32,000 nt of DNA from Candidatus Altimarinota bacterium (GCA_041659405.1 JBAZYK010000003.1:127651-159650), one strand, 5' to 3'; shown: positions 7,716 to 16,574, counted from the stretch's first letter. Notes: generated by a model not told the origin, from the letters alone. Program-made: numbers and translations.

Positions 7716-10700
7716 CTAAAACGCAAAGACCCTCACAATAATCTTGGCAGCTTCACCGCGGGTGAGGTTGTTGTTTGGCCCAAACAGGTTTAACGGGTTT
7801 CCCTGGCCGTCAACATATCCGGAGATAAAGCTGTGATCAACCGCAAACGAAATGTATCTATAATACCACGCTGTTGCAGAAACATCAGTAAAAGTTAGCG
7901 CGTTTCCATGAATTTCCTGATCGGCATAGATTGTTGCCAAGACGACTTTTAGGGCTTCTGCTCGAGTGATTTGGTTAAACGGCAGGAAGTAATTTTTGGA
8001 ACCGACCACAACTCCCAATGATTTTGCTTTAGAAACGGCTGCACTAAACCAATCGGTTGTGTGTACATCAAAGAATGGATTTTCGGTGGCTGCCGGCAGT
8101 GTTGGGAACTGGCACTGCATCACAATTTTCACCAATTCCGCTCTGGAAATTGTATCATTTGGTCGATATTCGTTAAGGAGATTCCCGTTTGCATCTTTAT
8201 ATCCTTGAACATCACATTTCTGCTGGAGTTTTTCGATATAGGTTTCAGCCCAATGGTTTTGGGTATCTGTGAAAAGTGCTTGCGCTACCGGTTGTGTTTG
8301 AGGTTGTTGCGCCGGTTGCGCTGGTTGATTATTCTGAGTTGGCTGAGTATTAAAAATAACGCCACTGCCGCCGGTGGTAATCGTGAATGAATTAATTCCA
8401 AGTGCCGTACCGGCATTTCCGGTTGCATCGGTAACAAGAATAGTACAGCCGGAATGAGTTCCAAGACTCATTGATTGAAATGTAATAGTATTGTCACCGG
8501 AAATTGCGCTGGTGGTTAAGCTTAAACAACTTCCTGAATATGTGATTGTTCCAGCTTCATCAGAACTGAATGTATAATTAGGAGTTGAGTCGATGGTTGA
8601 ACTTGGAACTGCGAGAACTTCGGCTAAAGTTGGGGCGGTATTATCGATTGTGAATGTGGATCCGCTTGTTGGAACGGCTGTGATAACATTTTCCGCGACA
8701 TCGGTTCCAATCGACATTGAAACAGTTGCAGTTGCAATGTTTCCAGCCGGTACATCCAAATCATACGTATATTCCGTGGTACTAACTTTTGTCATGGCTG
8801 TTGCCGACAAAACCGCATTATCAACTGCAATTTTAACTACAGGTGAGTCTGCCATTGGTTCATTAAATGTTGCTTTGATTATTAATGTATTAGCGTTTCT
8901 AACTGATTCTGTTGAGGCGTATGTAACCCCGGCATCTTTTGAATATGTAATCGCTGCGGTTGGCGCGGTTGTATCAAAAGTCACCGCTGTTCTGCTAACC
9001 GCTGTTGCGGCGTTTCCCGCGTCATCGGTTGCGTTGAATGCAAATGTATAGACGGCTCCGCTAACCAATCCGCTGGAATCACTCGTACATCCGTTTGTTG
9101 TATCCGAAAGATCCAAGTTCGCATGTGCTCCGGTATTTTTCGCTGTACCGACTAACGTACAGGTATGCGGAGCGCTGCCATCTGCCGTTCCTGAAGTTTG
9201 TGAAATTAAAATTGTTCCACTCGCGACTGCTTCGCTCAATGTATAACTCACATCGGATGAAGTGGTGACATTATTTATTGAAGTACTTGCGGTTGGGCTC
9301 ACGCTGCTGAATACCGGGATAATTGTATCGATTGTGTAATCGCTTGTGTCGGTAACGGTTGTTTGGTTTCCTGCGTTGTCTGTAACGGTCACGGTCACAT
9401 TGTTGGTTGCATCATCTTGGCTGTCCATGGCGCCGGATAGTGATGTTGTCCAAGTATCTGATGAATTACTTCCAACCAAAGCCGTATCGCCAGCTTTAAA
9501 GTTTGCCGCATTAAAACTCACGGAAGAAATCGTGTCCGTGTTATTGTCGCCGGTCGCAAGTGTATCGTCCCAGGTTGGCACTGCGGTATTTCCATTCTTA
9601 AACGCGCCGCCCGTTCCCGTTGCTCCCGTTACGGAAATATTTGCCGCGGTTAATGTGGGCGCGATATTATCAACCGTCGCATTGGTTGTATCCGCTGCCG
9701 TAGTTGCATTTCCCGCATCATCCGTCGCTGTCACGGAAACATTTCTGTTTGTAGTGTCGATTATGCCTGCAATAACAGGAAAAGTTGCCGTCCAGGTTCC
9801 ACTTGAATTGGTTGCAGCGACTGCCGCTCCTCCTCCAAATTGGCTAAAATCAACCGTAACGGTTGAAATTGTATCCGAGTTATTTTGTCCTCCAGCGGTA
9901 TTATTCCAGGTTGCCGTTACAGTATCGTTAATCTTATACGCGCCGCCCGTTCCACTTCCTCCGGAAATTGAAATATATGCATCGGTCACAGTTGGCGGCA
10001 AAGTATCCACCGCAAAAGCTGAAGAATACATGGTTGTTCCGGTTGCTGTTCCGTTGTTTGGCGTGATCCGCAGCCAAACGGTTAAATCATTCGTGTTGGG
10101 AATATCCGTAGCCGCGTTCCAGGCAAATGTAAGGGCAACGGAGCCATCGTTATTTGTATCAATTCCGGAAATGGTATTGGTGGAAATAGTCACACCATTT
10201 CCCTCTCCATTTTCAGAAGCGGATGCAATTGTGGCGTTAACCCAGGTCACATTGTTTGTGGAATATTCTACAGAAACAGATGTTGTGCCCAAACCCGCAT
10301 CAACAATTGTTGAAGTGGCGGTGACAAGAGACGCGGAAGTCTGCGAGGCATTTGGTTTACTGGCGACCGGAGCGGTGGTGGCGGGAATGGTGGTGGTGTT
10401 GAGAATAACTTTCACATGGCCCACAGGGGAAGCTGAATCTGCTCCGGCAATATCAGTTTTCCCATCTGCATTAAAATCACCTGTGACTAAAACCCAATTA
10501 CCTCCTGTTGTATAGTCTGTCTTCGCACCAAAGGTTCCGTCTCCTACACCTAATAGGACTGAATCTTTGCTACCACTAATTCCTACAACAAGATCGGTTT
10601 CTCCATCTGCATTAAAGTCGCCTGTAGCTGTTCCAAATGTATGAGCCCCTATAGCAGTATTTGCTGCCGCACCAAAAGTTCCATCTCCAGTGGGAGAACC

Positions 10701-11573
10701 TAAGAGAACTGAAATGTTATTATCAGCATAATTTGCCACAAAAAGATCGAGTATGCCATCTGCATTGAAGTAGCCTGCGGCCATAGAGATTGAATTACCT
10801 CCTGTAATGTAGTTTGCTGCCGCACCAAAAGTTCCAAGTCCCGTACCTAATAAGACTGAGACGCCACCGGCAGTACCTTTTGCATCAGCCAGGTCAAGAT
10901 TACCATCACCATTGAAGTCGCCCATAATCAAATATTGTGGACCAGTTCCCGCGGCATAGTTTGTTGCCGTACCAAAAGCTCCATTTCCATCACCTAATAA
11001 AACTGAAATGTTGTTCGTGCTAAAATTTACCACAGCTAAATCGAGCTTACCATCACCATCAAAGTCGCCTGCAACAGCCACCATTGGAGCAGTCCCTACA
11101 GGGTAATTTACTGCTGTATTGAATGTCCCATCTCCTCTACCCAACAAAATTGAGACATTGTTATCACTATAATTTGGCACAGCAAGATCAGTTTTGCCAT
11201 CACCATTAAAGTCACCTGCAACTGATGAAATTGGATTTGCTCCTACAGCGTATGGCACCGCCGCACCAAAAGTCCCATTTCCAATGGAAGAACCCAACAG
11301 AACTGACACAGTGTTACCATAAACATCTGCTATAGAAAAATCAAAAATACCATCTCCATTGAAATCACCTTTGGTTATTGAATACGAACCATCTCCTTCG
11401 TTATAACTCGCATCCGCAGCAAACGTCACCGCCGCATGCGCCGATTTTGTTGATAACCCTAAAAATCCTATCCCAATAAATAAAAAGGATAACGCAAAAA
11501 TCCCTAACTTTTTTAAATTTGTTCCAAAGTTATAGACTGAATTATTTTCCATTTGTTTTTTATTTTTTTGCAT
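7716..11573 (-). CDS. Giant surface protein P1: signal peptide, 7 FG-GAP/VCBS repeats, Ig-like domain array, Q/P linker, 3 SLH domains
   Basis: 1285 aa. Signal peptide ending 'KSAHA|AV'. Seven repeats of '(G/Y)(D)F(N/D)(G/A)DG..D' with 'VSVLLG.G.GTFG' (about nt 10398-11411). Tandem domains of about 100 aa, each ending '(V/I/F)D(T/N)xxPT'. Linker 'QPTQNNQPAQPAQQPQTQP'. Three SLH-like units (nt 7719-8279): 'FTDTQNHWAETYI..', 'FFDVHTTDWFSAAV..ITRAEALKVV', 'FTDVSATAWYYRYI..LTRGEAAKIIV'. Confidence 0.85.
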   Translation of the reverse strand: MQKNKKQMENNSVYNFGTNLKKLGIFALSFLFIGIGFLGLSTKSAHAAVTFAADASYNEGDGSYSITKGDFNGDGIFDFSIADVYGNTVSVLLGSSIGNGTFGAAVPYAVGANPISSVAGDFNGDGKTDLAVPNYSDNNVSILLGRGDGTFNTAVNYPVGTAPMVAVAGDFDGDGKLDLAVVNFSTNNISVLLGDGNGAFGTATNYAAGTGPQYLIMGDFNGDGNLDLADAKGTAGGVSVLLGTGLGTFGAAANYITGGNSISMAAGYFNADGILDLFVANYADNNISVLLGSPTGDGTFGAAANTAIGAHTFGTATGDFNADGETDLVVGISGSKDSVLLGVGDGTFGAKTDYTTGGNWVLVTGDFNADGKTDIAGADSASPVGHVKVILNTTTIPATTAPVASKPNASQTSASLVTATSTIVDAGLGTTSVSVEYSTNNVTWVNATIASASENGEGNGVTISTNTISGIDTNNDGSVALTFAWNAATDIPNTNDLTVWLRITPNNGTATGTTMYSSAFAVDTLPPTVTDAYISISGGSGTGGAYKINDTVTATWNNTAGGQNNSDTISTVTVDFSQFGGGAAVAATNSSGTWTATFPVIAGIIDTTNRNVSVTATDDAGNATTAADTTNATVDNIAPTLTAANISVTGATGTGGAFKNGNTAVPTWDDTLATGDNNTDTISSVSFNAANFKAGDTALVGSNSSDTWTTSLSGAMDSQDDATNNVTVTVTDNAGNQTTVTDTSDYTIDTIIPVFSSVSPTASTSINNVTTSSDVSYTLSEAVASGTILISQTSGTADGSAPHTCTLVGTAKNTGAHANLDLSDTTNGCTSDSSGLVSGAVYTFAFNATDDAGNAATAVSRTAVTFDTTAPTAAITYSKDAGVTYASTESVRNANTLIIKATFNEPMADSPVVKIAVDNAVLSATAMTKVSTTEYTYDLDVPAGNIATATVSMSIGTDVAENVITAVPTSGSTFTIDNTAPTLAEVLAVPSSTIDSTPNYTFSSDEAGTITYSGSCLSLTTSAISGDNTITFQSMSLGTHSGCTILVTDATGNAGTALGINSFTITTGGSGVIFNTQPTQNNQPAQPAQQPQTQPVAQALFTDTQNHWAETYIEKLQQKCDVQGYKDANGNLLNEYRPNDTISRAELVKIVMQCQFPTLPAATENPFFDVHTTDWFSAAVSKAKSLGVVVGSKNYFLPFNQITRAEALKVVLATIYADQEIHGNALTFTDVSATAWYYRYISFAVDHSFISGYVDGQGNPLNLFGPNNNLTRGEAAKIIVRVFAF
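8958..9290 (-). repeat. 333-bp block 100% identical to 22454-22786 (inside P2)
   Basis: Base-by-base comparison at a constant offset of 13496 nt shows no mismatches. Both copies are flanked by a mismatch on each side. It encodes 'PTASTSINNVTTSSDVSYTLSEAVASGTILISQTSGTADGSAPHTCTLVGTAKNTGAHANLDLSDTTNGCTSDSSGLVSGAVYTFAFNATDDAGNAATAVSRTAVTFDTTAPT'. Confidence 0.95.
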
Positions 11574-11635
11574 TGAAAAAACCTTACCTTTTATCTACTA
11601 AAAGACCAAAGAAAATATACACGAAAACGGCCCAC

Positions 11636-11661
11636 AAAAACAACCCAAAAAGGTTGTTTTT
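11636..11661 (-). terminator. Candidate intrinsic terminator overlapping the uvrB stop codon
   Basis: Read on the minus strand: TAA-AAACAACC-tttttg-GGTTGTTTTT-g. The arms pair over up to 10 bp (an AACAACC/GGTTGTT core plus A:U extension) and run into a T-run. The stem is AT-rich, so this is a moderate call. Confidence 0.45.
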
Positions 11662-13678
11662 ACAATTTAAACTCCTCCCTAATCTGCTCGATTTCATCAC
11701 GAAGTTCTGCCGCTTTTTCGAATTCCATATTTTGTGAAGCCATGTCCATTTGCGCTCCCAGTTCCTCCAAAAAGCGTTTCATTTCTTCACGCGGGACTTT
11801 CTTTGGATCAATATGACGTTCACCTTTTGCCGCCCCTTTATTATGTTCCATCGCAATATCCTTAATCGCCTTCACAATTGTTTGCGGAGTAATTCCATGT
11901 TTTTTATTGTAATCCGATTGAATTTTTCTACGACGATTTGTCTCATCCATCGCCTTTTTCATGGCATCGGTTACATGGTGCGCATACATCACCACAAATC
12001 CGTTAATGTTACGGGCACAACGACCAATGGTTTGAATAAGTGCCGGCGCCGAGCGCAAAAAACCCTGTTTATCCGCATCCAAAATCGCAATAAAAGAAAC
12101 TTCCGGCAAATCCAAACCTTCACGCAATAAGTTAATACCGACCAAAACATCAAACTTCCCAAGACGTAAATCACGCAAAATTTCAATACGTTCCATGGTG
12201 TCGATATCCGAATGCAAATATTTCACTTTCACACCAACATCGGTCAAATATTCGGTCAGATCTTCCGATGAACGTTTGGTTAAAGTTGTAATCAGCACAC
12301 GCTCTTTTTTGGCGACGCGTTTTTGAATTTCATTGATCAAATCATCAATCTGATGTTCACTTGGACGAACCTCAACTTCCGGATCTATAAGCCCTGTTGG
12401 ACGAATAATTTGCTCAACAACATTGCCCCCGACTTTTTCCGAACTCAAACCAAAAACAAGCTCTTTTGCGCCCGCTTTTTTAAGTTCATATTGAGCCGGA
12501 GTCGCTGAAACATAAATCACCTGATTAATGGCCTCTTCAAATTCATCAAACTTTAGCGGACGATTATCATGCGCGGAAGGAAGACGGAAACCATAATCAA
12601 CCAAAGTCTGTTTGCGTGAATAATTTCCATTAAACATTCCCCCAACCTGCGGAATTGTCATGTGTGATTCATCAATAATCATCAAATAATCATCCGGAAA
12701 ATAATCCAATAAAGTGGCTGTAGGAGCGCCCGGAGCCCGTTTGCTAAAATAACGTGTATAGTTTTCAATTCCCGTTGTATAACCCGTTTCCAGCAAAATT
12801 TCCAAATCATATTCGGTGCGGGTTTTAATGCGTTCCGCTTCCAGCATTTTGCCCTGAGCCCTAAGCTCGTCATATCGAATCACCAAATCTTCACGAATTC
12901 GTGCAGCAGCAGCCTGAATTTTATCTTTACTGGTCACATCATGCTTGGCCGGAAATATTTTAACCGATTGCAGCTCCCGAATTTCTTCACCCGTAAACGA
13001 ATCGGCCTCACTGATGCGCTCAATCTCATCTCCAAAAAACTCCAAACGGAAAATCGTATCACGATCCGGTGGAAAAATTTCCACAGTATCGCCCAAAACA
13101 TGGAACATACCCTGTTTAAAATCCATCTGCGAACGGGAATATTGGATGTCACTAAGCTGTCTTAAAAGTTTGTCACGCTTGCGCTCGTCCCCCACCTTAA
13201 TTTCCATGGCGAATTTGGAGTAATCCTCAACATCACCCAAACCATAAATACATGATACCGAAGCCACAATCAAGACATCACGGCGCGTTAATAAATTCAC
13301 CGTAGCCGCATGACGAAATTTGTTAATTTCTTCATTGATGGACGCGTCTTTTTCAATATAAGTGTCCGTAGACGGCAAATACGCTTCCGGCTGATAATAA
13401 TCGTAATAAGAAACAAAGTAGCTGACCGCGTTATTCGGGAAAAATTCCTTAAACTCCGCGCAAAGCTGAGCCGCCAAAGTTTTGTTATGAGCAAGCACCA
13501 AAGTTGGCCTCTGCACCTGCTGAACCACGTTTGCAATAGTGAAAGTTTTCCCGGACCCCGTCACCCCAAGCAAAACCTGCTGCTTCTCCCCTTTTTCCAG
13601 ATTCTTGATCAAATAATCAATCGCTTGTGGCTGATCTCCGGTCGGCTTAAACGGTGAGACTAACTCAAATTTACTCAT
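11660..13678 (-). CDS. uvrB: Excinuclease ABC subunit B
   Basis: 672 aa. Full-length match to hallmark UvrB sequence: '[14 protein letters not shown]', Walker A '[10 protein letters not shown]', '[14 protein letters not shown]', 'DESHMTIPQ', '[15 protein letters not shown]', and the C-terminal UVR motif '[11 protein letters not shown]'. Confidence 0.97.
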   Translation of the reverse strand: MSKFELVSPFKPTGDQPQAIDYLIKNLEKGEKQQVLLGVTGSGKTFTIANVVQQVQRPTLVLAHNKTLAAQLCAEFKEFFPNNAVSYFVSYYDYYQPEAYLPSTDTYIEKDASINEEINKFRHAATVNLLTRRDVLIVASVSCIYGLGDVEDYSKFAMEIKVGDERKRDKLLRQLSDIQYSRSQMDFKQGMFHVLGDTVEIFPPDRDTIFRLEFFGDEIERISEADSFTGEEIRELQSVKIFPAKHDVTSKDKIQAAAARIREDLVIRYDELRAQGKMLEAERIKTRTEYDLEILLETGYTTGIENYTRYFSKRAPGAPTATLLDYFPDDYLMIIDESHMTIPQVGGMFNGNYSRKQTLVDYGFRLPSAHDNRPLKFDEFEEAINQVIYVSATPAQYELKKAGAKELVFGLSSEKVGGNVVEQIIRPTGLIDPEVEVRPSEHQIDDLINEIQKRVAKKERVLITTLTKRSSEDLTEYLTDVGVKVKYLHSDIDTMERIEILRDLRLGKFDVLVGINLLREGLDLPEVSFIAILDADKQGFLRSAPALIQTIGRCARNINGFVVMYAHHVTDAMKKAMDETNRRRKIQSDYNKKHGITPQTIVKAIKDIAMEHNKGAAKGERHIDPKKVPREEMKRFLEELGAQMDMASQNMEFEKAAELRDEIEQIREEFKL

Positions 13679-13766
13679 GACAAAAAACTTAGCTAAATAA
13701 AACAGCTTTTTCAGGATAGCTGAGCTATTTTAGACATGTAACCAATAAAAAGCAAGAGCGGTAGCC

Positions 13767-13807
13767 TAAAATGGGTACTTCGGGATCATCCGCGGGGCCA
13801 TACCCGT
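13767..13807 (-). terminator. Weak candidate terminator after the 261-aa hypothetical gene
   Basis: On the minus strand, immediately after the stop: ACGGGTA...(23-nt GC-rich loop region)...TACCCAT followed by only TTTT. A 7-bp stem including one G:U pair. Confidence 0.3.
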
Positions 13808-14593
13808 TTATCCCACAGGTTTAAATGAATCCACCACATCCTGCATCACCCGATAAAGAAAATTATTTTTATACGGTTCAGAAACCATAATTTGCCCTGC
13901 CGATTTAAACATTGTCCCCAATCTAACCACCAGCCGCTCAGTAACTTCAAGCAACTGTTTATTATTCCAACCCCTTAATGCAATATTTGAAAAAAGAAAA
14001 CGAAATATTTCATCAGAATAAGATTTCATTTGTTTGAACAAATGCGGATGACGATATTCGGCAAGCTCAAGCGCTCCCTGCACCAAAGATTTTCGCGAAG
14101 ATTGCTCCGCCGCAAAATCAGCCTCCCAATCTCCAAGCCTTCCCCTAACTTCTGTCTGCACTCTTTCAACCCGATATATTGCTTCCAGGCTCTTTTCCGG
14201 CTCCGATTTATCTTGCCCCCTCGGAAACAAAATAGCTTCAAATTTTGCCATTACAGCATCTAAACGCGACCTCTTTCTTTGATGCTCTTCCTCAAAACCA
14301 TCTCCGTTAAAAAAATCCTGTAAAGAGGGAATTTGGCAGCCGGAAGCTATTTTTTGCAAAAAAGAAATCTCAAATTCTGCCAGCGGAGAGTCTGGATAAT
14401 GTTGAAAGTGATGTCGAATACCTGCAAATAATCGCTCTTCAACAGAACTTCTACTTTCCCCGGAAAAATCAATCCAAATCCGCGTTAACTCTTTCCACTC
14501 CTCAGAAAACAAAATTTCCGACATTGGTGCCAACAACTCTTCCGGCACAGCTGAAGTCGCAATTGGAGCCGCGGGCGCACCACTCAAAGCCAT
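13808..14593 (-). CDS. Hypothetical protein (no recognisable family)
   Basis: The track ORF 13808..14617 begins at a TTG. The first ATG is at 14593 ('MALSGAPAAPIATS...'). The long open frame has ordinary amino-acid composition. I recognise no motif. Confidence 0.55.
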   Translation of the reverse strand: MALSGAPAAPIATSAVPEELLAPMSEILFSEEWKELTRIWIDFSGESRSSVEERLFAGIRHHFQHYPDSPLAEFEISFLQKIASGCQIPSLQDFFNGDGFEEEHQRKRSRLDAVMAKFEAILFPRGQDKSEPEKSLEAIYRVERVQTEVRGRLGDWEADFAAEQSSRKSLVQGALELAEYRHPHLFKQMKSYSDEIFRFLFSNIALRGWNNKQLLEVTERLVVRLGTMFKSAGQIMVSEPYKNNFLYRVMQDVVDSFKPVG

Positions 14594-14746
14594 AATCCAA
14601 AAAATACGTATAAACAAAACCGTGATACCACAATCAAAGTCCCGCAGACAACCCTAAAACAAGATCTAAAGCCATAAACTTTCTATTTAAGTCCTTCTCG
14701 TATATACTGCATACGGTTTTCTTTATTATTTTACCTCACTACACCT

Positions 14747-14989
14747 ATGGTAAAACACAAACCAATGTGCTGGGTTGTCAGCCTTTTAGTTGTTGTCGGT
14801 GGTCTTAACTGGGGTCTTGTAGGCCTTGGCAGTCTAATGGGATCAGGAACAAACCTAAACGTTGTTAACCTTCTTTTGGGAAGTGTCCCAATGGTAGAAT
14901 CAATCGTTTACCTTCTAGTAGGTGTTGCAGCTCTATTAATGGGCTACATGTTCTTCACAGAAAAAACCTGCGCCTGCGAAAAAATGTAA
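14747..14989 (+). CDS. DUF378-family small membrane protein
   Basis: 80 aa with two TM helices. It carries the signature 'VVGGLNWGLVGL' that typifies DUF378. Confidence 0.8.
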   Translation: MVKHKPMCWVVSLLVVVGGLNWGLVGLGSLMGSGTNLNVVNLLLGSVPMVESIVYLLVGVAALLMGYMFFTEKTCACEKM

Positions 14990-15011
14990 TTTTAAAAATT
15001 GAAATCAAAAA

Positions 15012-15041
15012 GGGCTTCGCTACAAGCGGAGCTCTTTTTTT
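15012..15041 (+). terminator. Rho-independent terminator after the DUF378 gene, at a convergent junction
   Basis: GGGCUUCGC-uacaa-GCGGAGCUC gives a 9-bp stem (two G:U pairs) followed by T7 (15035-15041). The reverse complement is weaker (two A:C mismatches) but is followed by TTTTTGATTT, so it may serve both converging transcripts. Confidence 0.6.
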
Positions 15042-15204
15042 ATGAAGATTTCAAACTATCCAAATAAGATTTCATTTCTGCCAAATTCTTAGTTTCTTTA
15101 ACCTTACGCCCTTTCTTTGCATCTTCGGAAGCCACCAAAACCGCATCCTCCTGTGCGAGAGTTAAGCCATTCGCAGTCAAAAGTTTAAGATGAATAGTAG
15201 CCAT
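15040..15204 (-). CDS. Possible 54-aa small protein, below the ORF-track length cutoff
   Basis: I translated it by hand: 'MATIHLKLLTANGLTLAQEDAVLVASEDAKKGRKVKETKNLAEMKSYLDSLKSS*'. Its ATG lies 3 nt after the stop of the 308-aa gene (TAA-TCT-ATG). The ORF fills the whole gap to the convergent terminator. No family recognised. Confidence 0.35.
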   Translation of the reverse strand: MATIHLKLLTANGLTLAQEDAVLVASEDAKKGRKVKETKNLAEMKSYLDSLKSS

Positions 15205-15207
15205 AGA

Positions 15208-16134
15208 TTATGCATTTAAACAGGCAATCAAACAACCTCTAAGGTCTGCGTCCCGATTACTCATTTCTTCTGGAATTTCAAGCCCTTCTTCGCGCATTGC
15301 CCTAATGGGTTTTATCCATGCAAACACTGGAATACGATCATCACCACCCCTGGAAAGATAATCTCGAATTAGCGGAAATGCAGCAGCTCGGCCTAATGCA
15401 ACAATATCAGCTATAGCATCAGGATCCTCAGAGGCAAAGTAATTAGAGTTTGATTCCACAGCATCACAATGCTTTTCCCAACGCGTCACCGCGTCAGTGA
15501 ATTTAGTTTCAAGAGGTGTCATTTCAGCTAATTGCGCTGGATTTTGCCTAGCTAATTCCGCCAATATTTCATCTAATTCATTCGGGATTAATGAAGTTCT
15601 TCTAGGATCTAAAGGTTCGTAATGATCATCATTTTTATCAACCATCCAATTACGATAAGGATGATCCCACTGACAAGCTTCAGCAGTATTCCCCTGAGCA
15701 TCAAGCGTAAAGATTCTACATTGACCAAGCCCTTCCTCGGAAATATTTTGGACAATTCTATACCCTTCCACATCTGACACGCGACGAGCCATTTCAATAT
15801 CTTTAGGCAAATCGACAGTATCTCCCAACTCAGCAAAAAATTTTCCATCATTTCCCATACCTAAAGCTCTCACTTTTGCCCTAGTCCAATTTCGCATTTC
15901 AAATTCCAAAAAATTTGCCGGCACAGCATATAAACGTGGATGAAAAGCCTCAGAAGTTTTTGGAATAAGTCGCTCCAAATATACATCATGTGCTCCACCA
16001 AAAAACTTTAAATCCACTGTTTCATGAACATTATCACCCAAAAGACGTTCTAAAATTTCCTTTCGCTTGGCAGCAATTTTAGGATCAGCTTCAATTGAAC
16101 TTTCTTGATGATCTCCCGTCTGAGCTTCCGTCAT
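15208..16134 (-). CDS. Hypothetical protein (no recognisable family)
   Basis: 308-aa ATG-initiated ORF with acidic, soluble-looking composition. I recognise no motif. Confidence 0.6.
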   Translation of the reverse strand: MTEAQTGDHQESSIEADPKIAAKRKEILERLLGDNVHETVDLKFFGGAHDVYLERLIPKTSEAFHPRLYAVPANFLEFEMRNWTRAKVRALGMGNDGKFFAELGDTVDLPKDIEMARRVSDVEGYRIVQNISEEGLGQCRIFTLDAQGNTAEACQWDHPYRNWMVDKNDDHYEPLDPRRTSLIPNELDEILAELARQNPAQLAEMTPLETKFTDAVTRWEKHCDAVESNSNYFASEDPDAIADIVALGRAAAFPLIRDYLSRGGDDRIPVFAWIKPIRAMREEGLEIPEEMSNRDADLRGCLIACLNA

Positions 16135-16452
16135 AAAATATAAATTTTAAAATAAACACCCAGAATCTAGCACCCAGTCCCCCTTAATGCAAACACAAGC
16201 CAAATTACCCCTCAAAAAAATTCCCAACAGCATCCTTACCAAAACCCATCCCCACGTTTTGCAATCTTTTTAACATCAAGTCAAATACACCGCAGCAGCA
16301 AGCCGAAATTACGTCCTTCGTCAACGAAGCCGCGAATACAAAAGAAATTTTTAAAAAAGCAAATTGCCACTCATGCATGGAATTTTATGGGGAAGCAAAC
16401 AGCTCTCCCAACCTAAACCCCAACAAATTTTTCTCGTTGCGCCCTGCGTCTG

Positions 16453-16574
16453 AAAATTCATTTAAATTGAGCAGATACAAGGCGAAAATAAAAAATCGAC
16501 CGCAGTGTATTTAGTTATACACGAGGATCGATTTTTTGTTTTCAACGAAGTAGATGCCAATTTAAATGAATTTT
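16453..16574. repeat. Nested inverted-repeat structure at the nrdJ 3' end
   Basis: A 17-nt perfect inverted repeat 'AAAATTCATTTAAATTG' (16453-16469) pairs with 16558-16574. It encloses a second imperfect hairpin ATCGACCGCAGTGTAT/ATACACGAGGATCGAT (16495-16532). That inner hairpin is flanked by an A-run on one side and a T-run on the other. The right outer arm overlaps the nrdJ stop codon (16573-16575). Confidence 0.8.
16484..16544 (-). terminator. Probable intrinsic terminator of nrdJ
   Basis: Minus-strand reading: ATCGATCCTCGTGTAT-aactaa-ATACACTGCGGTCGAT followed by TTTTTTATTTT. The inner stem GTGTAT/ATACAC and outer stem ATCGA/TCGAT are separated by an internal loop. Confidence 0.55.

Noticed and set aside
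7716-7823. Possibility that the near-identical P1/P2 segments are the template/variable repeats of a diversity-generating retroelement.
   Set aside because: The mismatches between copies are of all types (g/a, a/t, g/t, c/g, t/c) rather than adenine-specific. No reverse transcriptase gene is in the window. The repeats lie in two full-length genes rather than in a gene plus a non-coding template.
9346-10515. Long antisense ORFs inside the giant genes (389 aa at 9346-10515; also 8593-9051, 22842-23390, 23469-23894 and 21140-21574).
   Set aside because: They lie opposite strongly supported coding frames. Their products are monotonous V/A/S/T/P strings. Such ORFs are the expected by-product of Thr/Ala/Val/Gly-rich codon usage (ACN/GCN/GTN), which keeps the reverse frame free of stops.
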